A stretch of 56,030 nucleotides of DNA, the filler included, from Sluysia triapertura (Eukaryota), in assembly GCA_046118255.1 (NCBI GenBank). It is 4 parts of 4 records of this genome, joined end to end, with 100 filler letters (N's around TTAATTAATTAA, not from the genome) between each part and the next. Parts side by side here need not be neighbours in the genome. Positions count along the whole stretch, not along the records: positions 44,009 to 56,030 come from JBJNIA010146721.1; 3 more parts are not named here. The stretch is one strand, 5' to 3'. Below the pieces are notes generated by a model. That model was not told the DNA's origin, ran no database searches, and saw nothing but the letters and a program-made list of their open reading frames with translations. The translations under genes and the position numbers were made by a program. How positions within the stretch are numbered: position 1 is the stretch's first letter; each line of letters opens with the position of its first letter. Below are positions 51,077-56,030 of this stretch, piece by piece.

Positions 51077-51140
51077 AGCGAACTGCGCAGCGAGGGGTTC
51101 CAAGTTTGATTCCCAGTCAGTCCATTTTATGAAGTCTAAC
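51077..51140 (+). mobile_element. tRNA-carrying dispersed repeat, copy 5 (3' half, opposite orientation to copy 4)
   Basis: GCGAACTGCGCAGCGAGGGG...TTTGATTCCCAGTCAGTCCATTTTATGAAGTCTAAC. Confidence 0.85.
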
Positions 51141-52677
51141 GGTAACAACATCTGAGCTAGTATCTGCATTGCTGTTATCGTTACATATCGTCACACACGT
51201 CTGAATAAATGACTGAAGAGTGATAAAATCATGCAAAACTAAACTACTATCAATATTATGCGTTGCAAATGCAAATGTAGGAAAGTGATAGAAATAGTAA
51301 CAGATGTAGCATATAGCTATCGGTTAGAAATTCGTAAAGCTAATTTAAATTACTTTTAATGAATGAGTTTGAAATTTTACGATTTTTTCGGTTTTAAGAT
51401 AGTGTTTGATGTTAAGGATATGAAGACAGATGAAGAGATTTCATGCTTATAAGTAGTATTTATGACACAATACAATCATGGTAGGTGGCCGCACCACCAC
51501 AAGTAGTTGTAGCAGCAGCAATAGTCTGTCACTAAGACGATGGATAATTGGGTGTGAATTTATTATTATTTTATTTTTTGTATTGGAATAATATATGAGG
51601 CTTTTGAGTCACAACATAAAACCTCCTTTGAAACACATAGTATAATAATTGTTAAGATACTGTACGCTAAATGCACGAATCAATTTGATTGGTTGATGTA
51701 CATAGTATTTTATTATTGCTGAGACATAGTAACATACCGATTTTAAAGAGAAACTTCTTTATATCCTTTGTTCATTAGATTAAATAATAAATTTAATTTA
51801 ATGTAGTTTTAATTGACTTAGTGCACTTCCTGTCCAAATTTTAATTTTATTTATTTATTTTATAATTTGTTTAGGTACTTCCTGTTTATGCAGAGTTATT
51901 TTAACCATTTGCTTAATTTTAATCAACTTTTAATTAATTATCTTTGTAATTGCAGGAGATTACAGAGAATGTTCTTTTTATTATTAAATGATGCAATCCT
52001 AGCTACCATTACACTAAGAGATTAGTATTAAAAAATTATACTATGTTAGACAATTTATAAAACTTGGCTCTATTAACTCAGATTTTTTCTATAAAACAAC
52101 TAAATGAAGATACAAATGATTTATTAAATAAAATACACAATTTACTTAAATAAATAAATAATAAATACTTAATGCATCGCAAACTTTTTTTACAATAAAA
52201 CAAATATTTCATTAAGATTGTTCGTAATATTTAAATCTTCTGATTTTCGTCTGATTTTAGTGCTATCTATTTTAAAATAGCAAAATAAATAATAAAATTT
52301 TAAGTTGAGTCTAACCTTTACTTTAAATAAGGACAATATTTATGAATTGTACTGTGTAATTTGAAAATAGAATCGATAAAAATGAACATTTGAATCATTC
52401 GTTCAAACTCGAATCAACTAATATATGGATTTTTTCGTTCAACCAGATTCGACGAATATGAAATACTGAATTGATTCTATTTTCTTTATACGCGATTTAA
52501 AACGTTTATCTATTTCAGTTTATTTCAATTCCCATTTAGAACTATTATTTCTATTGAACAAAGCACATAAAAATTATAATAATTATGTTAGCAATTTTAT
52601 GGTTACAATTATAATATTTATTTTTACAATTTTTTATAATTGTTTTCACACCTGTTCGTGTGAAAACTTTGATTATT

Positions 52678-52805
52678 TATGAACTAACCTGGAATCGAAC
52701 ATGAAACCTCTCGCTGCGGAGTTCGATGTTTTACCCACTAAGCTAACAATTTTAGATTATTATAGTCAATAATTCTACATGGCACTTTAGGCCTTTACCC
52801 CAACA
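52678..52805 (-). mobile_element. tRNA-carrying dispersed repeat, copy 6 (decayed tRNA core, conserved upstream flank)
   Basis: TATAGTCAAT...CATGGCACTTTAGGCCTTTACCCCAACA flank plus degenerate GGAATCGAAC...TCGCTGCGGAGTTCGATG; the 5' strand of the acceptor stem is deleted between CTA microhomologies. Confidence 0.85.
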
Positions 52806-53169
52806 ATTTCATCACGATCCTTTAAAATCATTAAATTTAATATAAAAGAAGCAATTAAATAATTGAATTAAATCGAAAATTCTAGAACGTTTTATTAACA
52901 AATAGAATTTTTACTAATTGTTTCATTATTGTAAGACAGTTTTGATTCTCGTGATCAAAATAATAAACTAAAGGTAAAATCATTTTCAATTCCTTGGTAA
53001 AATATATGTTTAAATTCTTAAGTATTAAAATTAAAGACATCTTTATTCTTTTTATTACATTTGATATTTGAACATAATTTATATTTAATAAATTTTCGAA
53101 TGTTTTTTTTTGAATTGTGATTATCTTAATTTGTAGAATTTATAGAATTCAATTTTTGATATACCCCTT

Positions 53170-53970
53170 AAAGCAATAATCGCCATATTAATTACGTTAA
53201 TAGTTACAAGAACGCCTACTCTGTCATAAATCATTTATTTGAGTTAATAAAACCATTGCATAAACAAATTCCAGACAATATTAGAACTCGACCGAAAATC
53301 TAAAAATAGAGAAATTCAATGGCTCTTGAAAGAAATTTTAATTAAAAATGTCACTAGTGAGAGTCCAGGTAGCTATAATATATTCTGCAAAAAAAGTTAT
53401 ACAGAATAAGTACAAAGATAAGTCTAACTAAATAAAGAGAAAATAATTTCATATTATTAGACACACGAATGCCAGACAGTACTGCAAATAAGTCAAAATT
53501 AATTTAAAAAAAGCTTAAAAAATGTCTTACAAATAAGGTTGGCTTTACTAGATATGATGATCCAGTTTGGATATCATGGTACTAAATTTTGATAAACACA
53601 TTTTATTGTTTTTGATTATATTTATTACGGAAAATTAATGTATAAATTGTTTTTCGCATTATTATTTCGAAATATTCACTGACTTCAACTACTTAATATT
53701 AACAGCAATCGGCTCAAATTAGAAATATCATCTAGACACCCTCGGAGTTTTCATTGCCACAAAATTTAATCATTAAATCATAAAACAGAGCTCATCTAAA
53801 AGGTGGGAGGCCATTATAATAATGAAAATTAAGTCAATGGAAACTACAGACCGTCAAATTCATATTGTCTGAAATTAGACTTTACATAAATTACATATTT
53901 CAATTAAATTTGTATATTTTAAAATATAAAAATCATACACTTAATACCATATCACTAAATTGATTCCCAC
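53170..53970 (-). pseudogene. Decayed intron-containing gene remnant, unidentified
   Basis: Short GTAAG...TTGCAG intron-like segments (about 53482-53530 and ending at 53384) separate protein-like frames with several stops. Confidence 0.25.
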
Positions 53971-54208
53971 AATTGATATCTGGTTTAGTTTCTTTCAAAA
54001 ACACCCAACATTAAAAACAGTCAAACTAATTTAATTAGTTTGAAAATGACCAAGAGCAAACACACCAGTTCCAAAAACAAAAACTTAAAAGTCTATATTT
54101 ATCATAAAATTCAATAAATCAATTAATTGTCCCACACCTTAGACTATAATTTGAGTTTAAAAACTAAAATTTTTCTTGATACTAAATATATCATAAAACT
54201 AAACATTA

Positions 54209-54438
54209 TTAATCTTTCTTTTCAGCCTCGCCATCTCCAGTTGCTGCTGCATCTTCCCCACCCTCCGGCTGCTCTTCTGGTTGGGTTTCACCCTCCACAT
54301 GTTCTGGAGCAGTTTCTTAATCATTGTTATTTATTTATTGATTTTATAATTAAAAATATTTATCATTTAATCATTTTTATATATAAATCATAATATCATT
54401 ATTATTATAAAATTACCAGTAACTTGAGGTTCTTCCAT
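54209..54438 (-). CDS. Candidate 42-aa acidic disordered microprotein; exons 54417-54438 and 54209-54315
   Basis: ATG GAA GAA CCT CAA GTT ACT G|gtaatt...taag|AA ACT... gives MEEPQVTETAPEHVEGETQPEEQPEGGEDAAATGDGEAEKKD*. It is a GC-rich island with consistent intron phase and in-frame stops just upstream of the ATG. Confidence 0.5.
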
Positions 54439-56030
54439 GAATAACTATTACTTAAAAATGAAATAGTACGAACTTTACTTCTCAAATTATATTAACTAAT
54501 ATCATTTATGATTGGTGTAATTGAGCCACGAAATTAGTTATACTGATGAGCACGAAATAAAATTCCACCAATAAAATTCGAGCAAGTCAAGCAAATTATT
54601 TTTTGTTCTATTGATTGTTACTAAAGTAAGAAACATTATTTTTTTCAGTGTAGCATATGTCGTTTTTGTCTGATTGATTCCCAAAAAAATTGTTTTTCGT
54701 TTGGACATTTAAATTATTCAGCAAATTTTATTGATTAAACAAATTTAATTATTCTAGGCAAACAAACTATCGATGAAATATTCGAAATGTTTGTTGAAAT
54801 TGTTTATAAATAGACGAGTACTTATTTATTGGAAATTCCTTTTGTCTGAAAATAGTTTATTATTGTTTGTTACTGAATTAAAATTAGAAAATACGAAATT
54901 GTAAGTGGTTTGGAAGTTAGTAGGAAAGTTCGAATTCATATTTTCTGTCATAGTTCTAAAATAAGAATTAAAAAAGTAGTTGTAGGTGGTAATTATTTTA
55001 ACAAAATAGGAGATCTAAAATGACACCATTTTAGAAATATTAGGTTGCCATAACAACTCTTTAAAAGAATACAAATCACTTCTCAAAATGATAAATAATA
55101 TCAAAATACTTAAATATTATTAAATTAAATTTTTAAAGTTTATTCTGAACAATTTCTAATGGATCCATTTAACACAAATGAAAAATCATTATACTTAAAA
55201 CATCTTTTTGAAATGTAGCCAAACTTAAAATTAAAACAATATCTTTAAATAATACTTTTTAATTAAATCAATAAAATATTAATATCATTATCATTAAAAG
55301 TTTAGATAGATAAAATAAATAAGTAAATCAATATAAATTTAATAAAATATTTATCTCAAATAATTAAATATCTTGATCAAATAATTACCTTAAATTATTT
55401 CAATTAAATTATCACAACTTTTATTCTTCCGTTTAATATAATTTATTATTATTAGGTTATATTTTATGTATAAAAAATAATTAAAAACAAATAACAATAA
55501 TGAAATGAAAATGTATGCATTTATTTAATGTATTTTAAATACATTTAACTTAAATAATAATGGAATTAAATTAATAATAGGTTTTTGATATAATGGATGC
55601 ATTTATTAAAGGCATCTTCACATTTTTTGTGATTTTTGTTATTGTGATTAATGGATTTACGGATATTTTAACTATTAAAGCAAGTAAGAAAATAGTTAAT
55701 CTTTTATAAGATTTCTTTGGCACACATCCAATAAATACATCCAAATATTATAAACTTGTGTTCCTGCTTTATTCGTACCATATTTCATTACGTGCAGATC
55801 CGGATTATCATTTTTGTAAAATATCCGTAAATTTTTGCTACATTTAAGTGAGAAATAACCTTCTTACGTAAAATCAATTAATCATCTTTAAATTATTTTT
55901 TTACTATATGTTACATTTTAGTATGTTTCTTACTAGTGTCTATTTCCTCATATTGTTAGGTGGCCATCACAACCCTTAAAATTAAAAAAAAATATTTTTA
56001 GAATTTAATTAAAAAATATTTTTGTGTTTC

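Overview
Very AT-rich eukaryotic, apparently animal, genomic DNA using the standard genetic code, with many very short GT-AG introns (35-49 nt). It is not prokaryotic, so much of the ORF track is spurious or runs from exon into intron. The window is four contigs joined by artificial N44-TTAATTAATTAA-N44 spacers (18378-18477, 32507-32606, 43909-44008), plus one ordinary gap (36461-36591); adjacency across spacers is meaningless. Recognisable host genes are all on the - strand: a complete 99-aa MFF/Tango11-like gene (3 exons), four internal exons of GPAT3/4, one isolated well-conserved HID1 exon, the 5' part of FNTB, VWA5A-like exons, a candidate 42-aa acidic microprotein, and disrupted DAPK-like and DEG/ENaC-like genes. 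Transposon relics include Tigger/pogo, Tc1/mariner, hAT, piggyBac-type ends, an R2/NeSL-type RLE retrotransposon 3' end and a possible Penelope-like remnant. The most unusual feature is a ~150-bp dispersed element (6 copies) carrying a tRNA-like Pol III gene (upstream TATA, A/B boxes, G3:U70 acceptor, TTTT terminator) between TGTT...AACA termini, with a 4-bp target duplication at one copy. That architecture does not fit a conventional SINE. All homology calls come from recalled motifs and manual translation; no database search was run.
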